A DNA stretch of 61,811 bases, counting the filler. It is 12 parts of 12 records of this genome, joined end to end, with 100 filler letters (N's around TTAATTAATTAA, not from the genome) between each part and the next. Parts side by side here need not be neighbours in the genome. Positions count along the whole stretch, not along the records: positions 43,050 to 47,998 come from SRR15195285_12695; positions 48,099 to 52,356 come from SRR15195285_12715; positions 52,457 to 55,657 come from SRR15195285_12721; positions 55,758 to 61,811 come from SRR15195285_12735; 8 more parts are not named here. One strand, written 5' to 3'. Below are positions 44,173 to 55,782 of the stretch, one piece after another. Both the position numbers and the translations under genes were made by a program. Within the stretch, counting starts at the first letter, position 1. The number at the start of each line of letters is the position of its first letter. The notes beneath the pieces are model-generated. The model was not told the DNA's origin and searched no databases. It saw nothing but the letters and a program-made list of their open reading frames with translations.

Positions 44173-45582
44173 ATGGTGCCGGTGGGACACACACGGTTCT
44201 CCTGGTTGCTCTGCACGGACACATCAGCAGTTGTGCCGCACAGCCACACACGGTACTCTTGGATCTCGCAGAATACGCAACCGGCCTTGGGACAGCGTGG
44301 AGATTTAGCTGAGAAAATATCTGGCCCCTCTGAACACGGCGCGGAAACTCGCACAGCACAACGCCCTGTGGAGGCTGCCCACCCTACCACAGATCGCCGG
44401 CGCCGGCGGCGCACGAGCAGCCGCAGCGATACAAATAGTCGGCTTCTGGACCCTGCACTGGCAACACACTTGGCAAACAGCGCGATTGACCGGCGGCAAC
44501 GAGCCCCCGAGCCGTGGCCTGTGCCGCTGCAGCCGCAATCGCGGCTGCAGCGCATCATTATTGGACTGGGTAGCGGTCGATGTGGCACACAGTCTCTTAC
44601 CGAGCTTTTCTCCGCCCAGCCAGATTGCTGGGCAGAGCACGAGATGATCGTCAATTCGAGTATGTTGGAGTGGGAGGCAAGAAAGCTTGCTGGCCAGCGC
44701 TGTGAGTCGAACAAGGTTCGCGCGTGCTTGTTCCGATCGCTCTCCTTCATTCGTAAGACTAACAGGTGTGATGCAAAACACAGGTAGAACGCTCGACGAG
44801 GCGGCAGATTGGCGGTTGGGGCGCGTGATCGACCAGTACAAAGAGTTTCATAGGTCGGGCCACTCATCTGCCGCCTGCGTCAGTTCCTCCGGCCTCGCAT
44901 ATGTGCACGAGTACCTGTCGCTGGATGCCGCGGGATTAGGCCCGACTGTACGCGTAGTCGTGCTGCGTCGCCCTTGTGAAGAGGTCGTCAGGTCTTTCAT
45001 GCGCAAGACGACAGATCGGAATCACTGGCAACACCCAGACGACTGGAAGGGCGGCGATGATAGTGATGGCGTCAACCGACCTGGCAGACCGCGTTGGCAG
45101 CGTGATAAAACATGGGACCGAATGTTTCCCAATATGCCAATGCCATCGGTTCTTGCTACCGAGTGTACGACCGTGTCAACTGACTCGAGCAACGACCCGC
45201 GGAGTACGTTGGATCAGGCGCAGCCTATTGGAACTCGGGCCAAACAGGAGGCAATCCGCCAATATTGGCAGCTGTACTACACAGTTGTGGACGGCCTATG
45301 CACGCGCTACCCGGAGCGAGTGCGTGTCAAAACCCTGCCCGATCTGACGGTTCACTTGCGATCGGCTGCCTTATCTTTTCAATTGGCCTGTTGTCAATAT
45401 AGGTGCGTTGCTTCGAAATGTTGGAGGTGCTGGGCAACCCACGAGTGCAACGCGAAATGCTCGAGTGGGCAGGTTGGCGGAGAGACAACTTTGCGGTGAA
45501 CACGAGCATCGTGCTGAACAAAGGCGTTGATACGATCAAGCAGGTCGATACGTCTACGTACACCGCGGGTACAGCCACCTGA
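44173..45582 (+). CDS. Sulfotransferase-like protein (3 exons; start uncertain)
   Basis: 5'-PSB-like IIGLGSGRCGTQSL..HE and 3'-PB-like VVVLRRPCEEVVRS. Introns 44702-44783 and 45320-45402 splice in frame to TGA at 45582. Confidence 0.7.
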
Positions 45583-45635
45583 ATTTTGTACAATGAAATC
45601 AGTACCGTACTGATACACTTTTTTTTGATTGCCGT

Positions 45636-47510
45636 TCACGACAGATATACCGAGGTTGCGGCCTCGGTCAACCCCATCCTCGACAGAGCCACCATCGCAC
45701 TCCACTGCGTAACCGCATTCAGCTTGTGTGGGATTGGCGAGGCGAGCACCTCCATGAGGCAAGGTTTTGCGATCGCTGGGACGGCAGGGTGCGTGGCAAG
45801 GCGCATCAACGCAGACGCCGCTGCTTGACGCACTGTCTCTCTGTAGGAGCCCGACTGTTCGTACTCGAAGCTCTCGGCCGAGTCGATGTCTTCGAGCGCC
45901 TGAACGAGCGCGTGTGCCGCTGCTTCTGCTACGTGCGCAGGTGCGTCAACCCCCACGGCGTAGCCGAGTGACTCGCATGCATTCCTGCGCACCCACACAT
46001 CCTTGTCCTCCAGCACAGCAGCAATGAGCGCGCCCGCTGCTTCGGTGACACCGGGTCCAATGCTGCCGATGGCAGCTGCGGCCGCAGCGCGCTGAAACCA
46101 TGGCAATACCTTCGATCGTAGTGCCCACAGCAGGACAGGAAGCACGGAAGAGCCAGCAGCAGCGAGGCAGTGCATCGCGTCCAAGTCGGATGGGTTAGTT
46201 CCTGAAGGGTTGCAGGCCTTTGATTGCCTGCGAGGGCCTCGAAACTCATTCGTACTGTGGTTCCACGCCTCCAGAAGAATGCCATTCACGGTGGCCTCAG
46301 TTGCTGGGGAGCCCAACATTGTCATCAACTCTTCTGCAACAACACTGTCGGTCGCAGCATGTACTGCGCACTGGAAGATGGCACGCACGCGCTCTTTCTC
46401 TGTAATGTTGTTGTTATCCTCAGCTAGTGAGGCCGTGCTAGGCACAGCAGCCGTGGCCTGGTACGTGTCCACGGCTTCTTTGCCCAGGAGCCATCGCCAG
46501 GTGGCCTCCGCTGCATCATCGTCCTGGTCACCATCGACAGGCCACCATGTTGTGTCACCATGGTGGTCCCAACTTGGCGTGGCACTCATGTACGGCTCTT
46601 CGGTTCGGACGAAATAGAACTTCAGCATGTAGCGCTTCTTCTTCTCCCCCAACTCACCGGAATAGTTTCGCATTGCCCTATGCCACGTGTCCCCGTGAAT
46701 GACCACGACGCTACCGGCCTCCACGGTCAATGGCTGATCCACCTCTGTGGTCTGGAAGCAGTCCGTACTCGAGACGACTGTGTGCGAGTAGCGACTTGGA
46801 ATGATCCCAGTTGGACCTATATCCAGCGTCGTTCGCTGAGGGTAATAGAGTGCCATGCAGATCCGGAAGGCGTGCTTGTGCCGTGTCGCTGCCTCTGGAC
46901 CGTAGGGATCCTTGTGCCACGACTGGTTCGTCGCGCCTGCTTGGTTGAGATGCGTCGCGTTGTGCTGGTGCATCACATAGCCTGGGCCGAGCAGGCTGCG
47001 TAGTGCCGCGGCCACCACTGGATCCTCATAAACAGCGAGCAGGCCATCCATGTGAATGCCGAACTCACCTCGGTTGCCACCGTAGCCTTCGCCCCCGGGG
47101 CCATGCAGCCGGTCAAACTCCTCGAGGTTCGCCCTGTGGAACTCTGCTGACTTGGAGGGCTTCACCACGACGAATCCACGCGCGCAGAACTCCCGGACCT
47201 CCGCGTCGGCCAGGCCTTCTGGACCCGGGCTGACCATCGGAAGCAAATCGGTGCGCTGGCTCGTGACCAGCGGCGTTGCACTGATGCCACGAAACTCGCC
47301 GCTGTAGTTGTTGTACGGAAGTTCCGCTCTCCCCGTCCGTGCACCTGCGCCAACCTCAAGCTTCTTCGCTTCGGCGCGCAAACGCAGCTCCTCCTCCTGC
47401 GGCCTCGGTCCTTCAGCCTCTGTCGCTGTGATGGGCGACTCCATGGCGCTAGGTGTACCCATGAGGGCACGAGACAGCGCACCGAGCCGAACCGCCGCTT
47501 GAGAGCGCAT
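45636..47510 (-). CDS. Phytanoyl-CoA dioxygenase-family (PhyH) 2OG-Fe(II) oxygenase fused to HEAT repeats
   Basis: FCARGFVVV, QSWHKD (HxD), GPTGIIP and AGSVVVIHGDTWHRA. HEAT/PBS-lyase repeats RAAAAAAIGSIG, DKDVWVRRNACESLG and VRQAAASALMRL. Confidence 0.85.
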   Translation of the reverse strand: MRSQAAVRLGALSRALMGTPSAMESPITATEAEGPRPQEEELRLRAEAKKLEVGAGARTGRAELPYNNYSGEFRGISATPLVTSQRTDLLPMVSPGPEGLADAEVREFCARGFVVVKPSKSAEFHRANLEEFDRLHGPGGEGYGGNRGEFGIHMDGLLAVYEDPVVAAALRSLLGPGYVMHQHNATHLNQAGATNQSWHKDPYGPEAATRHKHAFRICMALYYPQRTTLDIGPTGIIPSRYSHTVVSSTDCFQTTEVDQPLTVEAGSVVVIHGDTWHRAMRNYSGELGEKKKRYMLKFYFVRTEEPYMSATPSWDHHGDTTWWPVDGDQDDDAAEATWRWLLGKEAVDTYQATAAVPSTASLAEDNNNITEKERVRAIFQCAVHAATDSVVAEELMTMLGSPATEATVNGILLEAWNHSTNEFRGPRRQSKACNPSGTNPSDLDAMHCLAAAGSSVLPVLLWALRSKVLPWFQRAAAAAAIGSIGPGVTEAAGALIAAVLEDKDVWVRRNACESLGYAVGVDAPAHVAEAAAHALVQALEDIDSAESFEYEQSGSYRETVRQAAASALMRLATHPAVPAIAKPCLMEVLASPIPHKLNAVTQWSAMVALSRMGLTEAATSVYLS

Positions 47511-48590
47511 ACCGTCTATCACGCTGGTGCCCAGCCGGCCCCCTCGCTCAGCACGTCAGCGCGAGCAGAGGCTCCCTCCGTCGCGAGCGCGCGCGCGCCG
47601 TTCGTCGTGCGCCATGGAGATCGAATAACAAAATGCCCATGTCTTCTAGGGATCCGGACGCGCGCGCGCGCTGGCGCGCGACTGCATTTGTTTTTCACAA
47701 AATGACCCGGGAAGGAGTGCAGGTAAATGCAACCTACACTGTACACATAATACAACATACTTTTGATTGTACGATTCGAATATGTATCATCAGCAGTTCC
47801 CTGCTGTGTACACTGTTTCAGTGTAAGCTGGGCACTGCCGTCGGCGCCCGGCGCGGCGGCGGCGGTATACTCTATACTGCTACAGCTGTATATAGTACCG
47901 GTATACAAATTGTATCAATAGTCGCACGCATCACATACGTGTATACCAATATAGATAGATTACCAATATAGAGTGCTACGCCCGAGAAAAGGCCCCAGNN
48001 NNNNNNNNNNNNNNNNNNNNNNNNNNNNNNNNNNNNNNNNNNTTAATTAATTAANNNNNNNNNNNNNNNNNNNNNNNNNNNNNNNNNNNNNNNNNNNNAC
48101 GCGCCGGAGTGAATTGATTAGTAAAATATTCGCCGCCGCCGGGATGAGTTGAGCCAGCGATCGCGACGCCCCTGGGCGGGGCACCGTCTGGCGGCATTCA
48201 GCGGACGGAATCTTCTCTGTTGGTATCGGTCCTTTGTCCCACGAGCTTGCGGCGCAGATCGCCTACCCTGTCGGCGAGGAAACTTGGTGACATGGCAAGG
48301 CATTTCACAGCTAGGTCTGGGATCGGGTTTGCCGGATGAACCACAACCCCCACTAATAGCTGATTGGTGAACGCGTCTCGTCACGAGTCTTCAACTGGGA
48401 AGCAATTGCTGCGCTGGTCGCAGGTGCTGCGCTGATGGTTTTGATAAGAGGGAAAGGAGGGCACTCTCTAAGGTCGATGACGGCAAGACGCCGGTCGATC
48501 TACTAAGATAGCAGATAGAATACCAATGAAAAATTGGCTCTCTCATTGGTCTTGACAGTCCTGTCAGCTAGGTATTCACCCCTCCCGGAT

Positions 48591-51500
48591 TCAGCTCAGT
48601 GCCACCGGCACAGTGATGTCATGACCGTTGCCCCGCGAGAACACCAGGTTGTGTGTTCCTGTGTAGAGCTTCGAATTTCCGTTGGTCGTAGTGACGCTCA
48701 GCTCCAGCGCCTCGATCTCAAACTGGACTTGTGTGCGCTCTCCTGGGTCTAGTGTCGTCCGTTCGAAGTCAATGAGCCGCTTGATCGGAAGTGGATGAGC
48801 TCCGTTCACAAGACTTCGAATGCCGTCGGACAAGCTATCGAACACAAATATCACCTCATCACCACTGCGGTCGCCGGTGTTCTTGAGCTCACAGAAGCAC
48901 GCAAAGTTTACCGTTGCTGAGTCAGCCTGCCGTTGGGAGCAGGAACAAGGGTCGTGGGTGAACGTCGTCAAAGACAGGCCATCACCAAAACTGTAAAGGG
49001 GCTTCCCTTGAAAGTAGCGGTACGTCCGTCCAGGGGCGAGGCTCATATCGTAGTTCGTCAGGGCCACCTGCATGACGCAGAGTGATACCAACACAAGTTC
49101 AGAGCTTCGTAGCATGACCACATTCAGGCCTAGACGTCCACCGATGGCGACACGGCCGGTAGGTTGTGTCATCTGGTAGCACCACAACAGGGACTTGGGG
49201 TTGTCACTTCGGTAGCTGCGACTGTAATATTCCGCACCTGGCTGGTGTAGTTCTTGTCATACATTGTATAAGGGAGCTTGCCCTGTATATGATTTTCACA
49301 GCACGTAAGAGCATTCACTCAGGGTTGGGAGCATAAGCACAACAGAGACATCTGGTGGACCGATTCAAACCTACCCAGCTATTTGTGACGCCAAACAATG
49401 CCTCCGCAAGCTGTCTCGCCCCGAAACCAGGATTGAATGCCTCAACAATAGCATCGGCATCATCAACTAGCTCATCAACTGCCAGTGGTCCCCCGTTGGT
49501 CAGCACCAAGACCGTCGGTTTGTGCAGTGCAAGCACCGCCTTCGCAAATTGCTCCTGCAGTCCCGGAAGCTGGTTGTGTCGTGTGTTCAGAAGGTTAGAG
49601 AAAGTATGTGAAGCAACCAACAGCGTGACAGGACTGCACCTCACCTCAATGTCTGGCCGATCAATTCCCTCGTGTTCAATGGACTTGTCGATACCGAGTG
49701 CAAGAACAACCACATCTGCCGCACGCACCAGCCGTAGTGCATGAGGAATACCTGATGCATTCATTGATTTTATCCCCACTCCTGTGGCATTAGATGTTAG
49801 GCCTCCCTTATTGAGCACCCGAAGCTGTGACGCTATCGTCGGCACGCAGTCCAAATTGTTCTGGTAGCGATCGTGCAGTCCATAACAGATATCATCTCCA
49901 AAGTAATCACTGAACAGACCCTGGCCACTTGACTGTGGCCCAACAATGGCGATATGCTGCCCTTTCCCAGCCTTTAGTGGCAAAACGCCGCGGTTCTTCA
50001 GCAGAACGAACGACTGTGAGGCCGCCTCATCCCGCACCCGCAAGTGATATGGAGCTCCGATATCTTGAGCTCCAAACTTCGCCCACTCAATCGTCTCAAG
50101 AGCATCAAAGAGCCCCACGCGGAACAGCGGTTTGAGTGCACGTCGTACCGCCTCGTTAATTGAAGACATGCTCGTCAAGTTTGTCCTCACAGCATCGACA
50201 AGGCCATCTAGCAGAACGAAGCTACCCATTTCGATGTCTGTCGACAAGGCGAAAATCAGCAAGTGAGAAAGGGCAAAAGATCCTGTGGGCGAGGATGTTC
50301 TCTGACCTGTGCCATTGTTGAGCGCCCTGGTAGGCACGTGTTGATTTAGACAACAATCCCAACCTCTGCAACAAAAACACTTGCAAAAGGGTAGCGGTAT
50401 GGCTCACCATGCTGCTGCTGCCGCATCTGATGGCGCACGAGCTGGGAACCCACGCAAATTGATGATTGCCCCGCAGTCCGACGTAATTAGCGCGTCCTTG
50501 TTATTCCACCTGTCGGGTCGTGTGTTAATTCAGCGTAGATGAAATGACTTTCTTAAACTACCGCTCACTTGTTGCGAACGATCTCGTTGAGAATGTGACC
50601 GTTTGCGCATGATGGCCGACCCATGGGTGCATTGTCTGTGTCTCGTGCGACAACAGACACCAACGTCAGGCCAACGCAATCTGAGTCCGCGAGCGAGGCA
50701 GTGTGACCCAATGCGCAGGAAACGCACACGAACACATTGCACCACTGGCTCCCCCTTCAAAAGCGATTTTATATTGTGGCAGGTATGTGTCATGCAGGTC
50801 AAAGTCGGAGATATTCTCTACATCGTGCCCTCTTGCTGTCTCTTGTGAGTCTGTCCGCAGCACGCATGAGGTTTTGATACGAGTGATACCTCAGCTATTG
50901 TCCGTTCTTGCTCGTGTTACACAGCAACAAGCCAGAAAGCGTATGCGCGCGCGTGCTGACACTTAGCTCACATGCAGTGAAATGCTTCAGCAAAGCGATC
51001 ATCTTTGGATGGCCAGCCGCGTCCCGCTCTTGCATCCCGCCAATGAATTCAGATGCGTACATCCCTGCATGGACTGGATCTTCGCTCGGAAGCTCCGATA
51101 GCCGTCCGAATCGTGGGTCTCGCGGATTGTTGATGTTGGGACCTAGATACACGCAGCGCACACGTGCAATACCAAGACACATTCCGCAATTACTCAAGGA
51201 AAACGGGGCGAAGTATCGTTGGTGCCCGCGCACCGTAGCCCGTCAGACCTATTGTTTCAGTGTATGTCCCGCCCGCGTCGCGATACCAACCGATGTTATT
51301 CATGGCCCGCATTTCATTGCCAATCACCGTGCCTTTCAGTCGCCAGCTTGTGCGATTGAACGATGCACCAAGTCCAAGCGGCCCACAGAATGTTGTGGCA
51401 CAATGGCCGGGCGAGAGGCATGCCGACGACACGCCTGAGTTGGACTCTTCTAGCCACATGTACTCTCCAAGTCCGACCCGCGCTGCACCCACTGTGTGAG

Positions 51501-52205
51501 TGTTGCTGTGTTGTGCCGTGTGCCGAGAGAGTTAGAAAGTATGTACAGTAGACACCAGTAAGAGAGGACTGAAACTCACCACGGGTTGCCTAACGATTTT
51601 GTAGGCGACAGCAAACCAATTTTCTCTGTCAGGTTCAACTCGGAGATCAGCGATGCGATCCGCTTGTCGTGCGTGGTAGAACGGTTGCACCAAGGAAGTA
51701 ATGACCCCGGCGGCGCGTCACATCCACGGTACATGGGACTAGGACGAAATATGGGTGTGAAGTTCGTCCGCGCATAGAATGACCAGCTGCTGTCCGCGTT
51801 GCTAGAGATGCCGCGCTTGAAGTACACGGTGCCGACCGTGGTCGTGCTGTTGCTGGCCTCAGCGGCGCAGCTCGCGTTGCTACCGAACGTGAACGCAGCG
51901 CAGCTCGTGTTTCCGAGACACCACGATGAGGCTTCCGCCAGTGTGAGGTTCTGCTTTTGCGCCAGATCGCCGCCCGCCAGCCCTGCGCCCTGGGAGCAGC
52001 TGTACCTGCTCCGACCAACGCGAGCCTTCGTTGAGCAACTCCCAAAACAGTACTCCCACTCCAAGAAAAGCATTGAGTCTATGGAGTACTGTACAAGAGA
52101 ATACTGTAGCAGGTACGCATCTACGGCAGCAGCTCCCAACGTGATGCCATCTGCACCTGTGCGTCCAGGGGGCAATCTCAGGCCCAAGAGAACCACCAGC
52201 AGCAT
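48591..52205 (-). CDS. Secreted GH3 beta-xylosidase/glucosidase-like protein, multi-exon
   Basis: Signal peptide, then LNLTEKI, EYMWLEESNSGV, GPNINNPRDPRFGRLSELPSEDP, LKHFTA, GAMCS, ITSDCG (nucleophile region ~50472-50490), VLLKN, EHEGIDR and GRTYRYF..FGDGLS, with a C-terminal FnIII-like domain. Exact exon borders were not all resolved. Confidence 0.92.
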
Positions 52206-52456
52206 GCTTCTCCAGTCCCTCGCTACGGAGCTGTAGGTTGAGCGCGAGATATACTATACTATATAGTATGCACGCACACGCGTGCGCATGTAGACCCACA
52301 GTGAGGACACGTCCGACACGATGTGTCCGTCCCGACTAGGGTGCAGTGCCCAGGTTNNNNNNNNNNNNNNNNNNNNNNNNNNNNNNNNNNNNNNNNNNNN
52401 TTAATTAATTAANNNNNNNNNNNNNNNNNNNNNNNNNNNNNNNNNNNNNNNNNNNN

Positions 52457-55400
52457 GCATTGCAAAGACGCATACATTACAACAAACTCTTTCTTCCTTG
52501 GCATTTGGATATCCACGCGGAGTCGTTTAGGACTATAATGTGATGAATGCGTGCGTGCCAACTGAGATGTAAGTGCGCCACCATCTTTGGTACTCATTTC
52601 TGGTTCAGGCTGCGTGTCTTCATCTTCCTTTCCTTCTGTGGCTCCATGGAGATTTGCAGCCCATTGTCCAGCTGGGGAATTTTGGACCTCGATCAGAATG
52701 TTCTCGCAATCAAAAGCCTCGTGCTTCTTAGCAGATGCGATCATTTCGTTGCGCGTGACGGAAGCTTGCTTCGGGTGCGCACGCAATAGCTTCTCGTAGA
52801 TAAGATCGTAGGTACCTGGAACCCGCTGCCCAAAGGTCGGAAAGGCGTCCTTGTCGTTGACCGCAGCAACCATTGCATCCTTGAGTTTGTCGAATCCTTG
52901 GCCAGTCTTGGCGCTGACAGCGATGACAGAGTCCGGATCCAACTGGAGTGGTTTGTTGAGGACCCTCTCGAGCTGGTTTTGGCGGTTGGCTGCGAAGACA
53001 TGGTTCGGGTCCTGCATGGAGGAGAGCGAGTCGAGCTCCTGCTTGTGCTTCGCTTCGTACTCCTCCAGCTTTTTCTTCAGGCTCGTCACCATGTCCCGGC
53101 AACGCTGGTCGGCCTCGTCCTCGCCTCCCTCCACCTCGTCGGCATGCGATCCGACAGGCAGCACCGTTGAGCCGGGTGCGCAGGTCTGGATCAGCGTTGA
53201 CCACCGAACCTGCTCGTCCACCATCTTGTCCGTAATCTCCTCCTTGAGGTTCCACAGTAGCAGGTACAGCGTGTCTTTTGTAAAAACGTTTTGGTGCGCC
53301 TCCATGTACTCATTGTGACCTCCGGCATCGTAAGCGACGAACTCGATCTGGCCCAGTTGCAGTCGGTGAATCTCAAGACCGATTGTGCGCTGCTCCTTCG
53401 TGGTCAACTTGGGGCAATTATTGATCAGGCTCAACAGCAGACTGGACTTGCCCGCCTGCGATGGACCGCACAAGAACAGCTTCACGCTGTCATTATGTCT
53501 GGGGCCATGGTGTAGATCTTTGATGTACTGTTTGGTCCCGTGCAACCCCTTCTGCTCGTGGATAAGTGCAACATGTTCCAGTGCTGGATTGTCGGATATG
53601 TCGAGTTCAGTTAATTTTGACAGGTAATTTAAGTCTAAGGGCAACTCCTCGATGGCATTGTTGGCAAGGTTGAGCCACTGGAGCGTCTGTATTTCACAGA
53701 GCTCCTGTGGAATGACTTTGATCTTGTTGTGCGAGAGGTCCAGGTTGACGAGTCCTTCAGCATTGTCCCTCAACGAGACGCACAAACTCTCCGCTTCAGA
53801 GTCTCCTAGATCTTGCGAGCGGAAACTGAGCTCGCAAAGCTTCTTCGCAATATTGAGGTGTTGACCGACAAGGTTTGTCCAACTGTCGAGGTCCAGCTCA
53901 AACTTGCTAGTTGCTTTGTTGTGGTCAAAGATTAGCTCCACCAGCTCCTGCTTCGCGTTGGTTTTACGGTTCAATGCGAGGTGTAGCGGTATTTCGCCAT
54001 CCACATTCTTTTCGCTGCATGCCGTGCTGTGTTCTTCCAGAATGCGCGTCACGCTCGAAATCTCCATATCGGGGTGTTGCAGAGCAAGATGCAGCGGCAA
54101 ATCGTCCCGTGCAGTTTTGACTTTGCAAGCCCCGGGATGTTCTTTCAGGATCTGGTCCACCAGCTCTCCCGTTGGAGTCCATTGGGTCTCCAACGCGACA
54201 CTAGGCCTGGTGAGCGCGAGATGCAGCGGTAAGCAGCCATCCGGATCTTCACGTTTGCACGCCTCACGATTTTGAGCCAAGATTTTTTGCACGGTTGAAG
54301 TTGCCGCGTCAGACTTCAACGCTATGTGAAGCGGCAGGTCCGACCTGTCCGGCCTGTCCGGCAGGTCCGCTCGGACACCTGTTTTGCACGCCTCTGGATA
54401 TCGCTCTAAGATCTGCTCTACGACGTTATGGCGTGCATTGTAGTGCAATGCAAGATGCAATGGCAAGCTGCCCTGGTGGTCGCCCTGGGTGTTGTCCGCG
54501 ACTTTACATGCGTCTGGATGCCTTTCTAGGATCTTCTTCACAGCGTCACAGAAGTCTTTTGTGTCCACCGCGCAGTGCAACGCTGCATGTAGCGGAAAGC
54601 TTCCATCTTCCTGTCTGGTGGAACAAGCCTCTTCCGTTGCGAGGTCGAACGTCTCGATAGCGTCCCAGTCTTGGCGCTGGAGCGCTACTAGTAGCCCCGA
54701 TTTTTCGCGCAGGAGATTCACCACATCGGACGGCGCGCTATTCTCCTCCGCGACAGCGATGTCAAGCGGCCGGTGGCCGTTGTTGTCTTTTTGTTGGCAC
54801 GCATCCTCATTTGCGTGCTGCAGAATGCAGTCCACGACTGCTTTCGGGGCTTTTGACGCCGTGGCAAGGTGCAGAGGCTGCCGATCTTCGCCGTCCGGCT
54901 TGTTGCAGGCATCCGGGTAAGCCTCAATGATCGCCTTGACAACCTTTACACAGTCGCTTTCTGACTCCACATATTTGTGAAAGTGCTCAACAGCAAGATG
55001 CAGAGGCAGGCGCCCGTTCTTTATATTCTCTCTGCAAGCGTCGTTATTTCTCTTTAAAATCTGCTGCACTATGTCGGGGCTTGCCTTGTGCATCAAGGCC
55101 AGATGCAGTGGGAGCCGACCTTCCTCATCCTTTTGGTTTGTGGTTGTGGACGCCTCAAGCACCTTTTGTACCGCCCCGGGCGTCGCACGCTTCTTCAACA
55201 CATCATGCAGTGGATAATCCCCTTTCTCGAATTTCATGTCGTCCTGGGTCAGAGGACTCTCTTGCTTGGCGATGATCGCTTTTGAACAGTCCTCCTTCGT
55301 TGCGAGGTTGAACTTCTCGATAGCGTCCCAGTCTTGGCGCTCGAGTGCGACGCGCAATCCCGATTTCTCGCGCAGGAGATCCAACACCTTGTCTTTCCCG

Positions 55401-55657
55401 GGCTCTCGCAAGTCAACTGGCCGCTTGCCTCCCTTCTTGTCGAAACTGACGCAAGCTTGCTTGCTTTCCTCGCGGATGTACTGCACGACCTCAAGTGGCG
55501 CATTGCACAATCGTAAGCAGGCTTCATCATGTGCGTCGAGGATGCACCGCACGACCTCAAGCGGCGCATTGCACACCGCAGCGAGATGCAAGGGCAGCAG
55601 CTTTTCGCTCTCTACTATATTCTTCTTCTTCTTCTTCTGCGAAGGCACAGCGCGGGC
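52457..55657 (-). CDS. Roco-family protein: ankyrin repeats, LRRs, Roc GTPase and start of COR; truncated at both ends
   Basis: About a dozen (L/Y/F/Q/I)PLH ankyrin repeats; LRRs LDLSHNKI, LNLANNAI and LDISDNP; P-loop GPSQAGKSS, switch I RTIG, YDAGGH, VGSHAD and VSAKTG; COR-like VPGTY. Confidence 0.9.
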
Positions 55658-55757
55658 NNNNNNNNNNNNNNNNNNNNNNNNNNNNNNNNNNNNNNNNNNN
55701 NTTAATTAATTAANNNNNNNNNNNNNNNNNNNNNNNNNNNNNNNNNNNNNNNNNNNN

Positions 55758-55782
55758 GCTGCTGCTGCTGCTGCTGCTGCTG
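55758..55782 (-). repeat. (CAG)n polyglutamine tract at the contig break
   Basis: gctgctgct... on the plus strand encodes a Q run at the end of the codanin-like ORF. Confidence 0.9.

Noticed and set aside
29203-52205. A polysaccharide-utilisation cluster formed by the GH151-like, GH3, sulfotransferase and transporter genes
   Set aside because: These genes lie on different contigs separated by artificial linkers, so there is no evidence of physical linkage.
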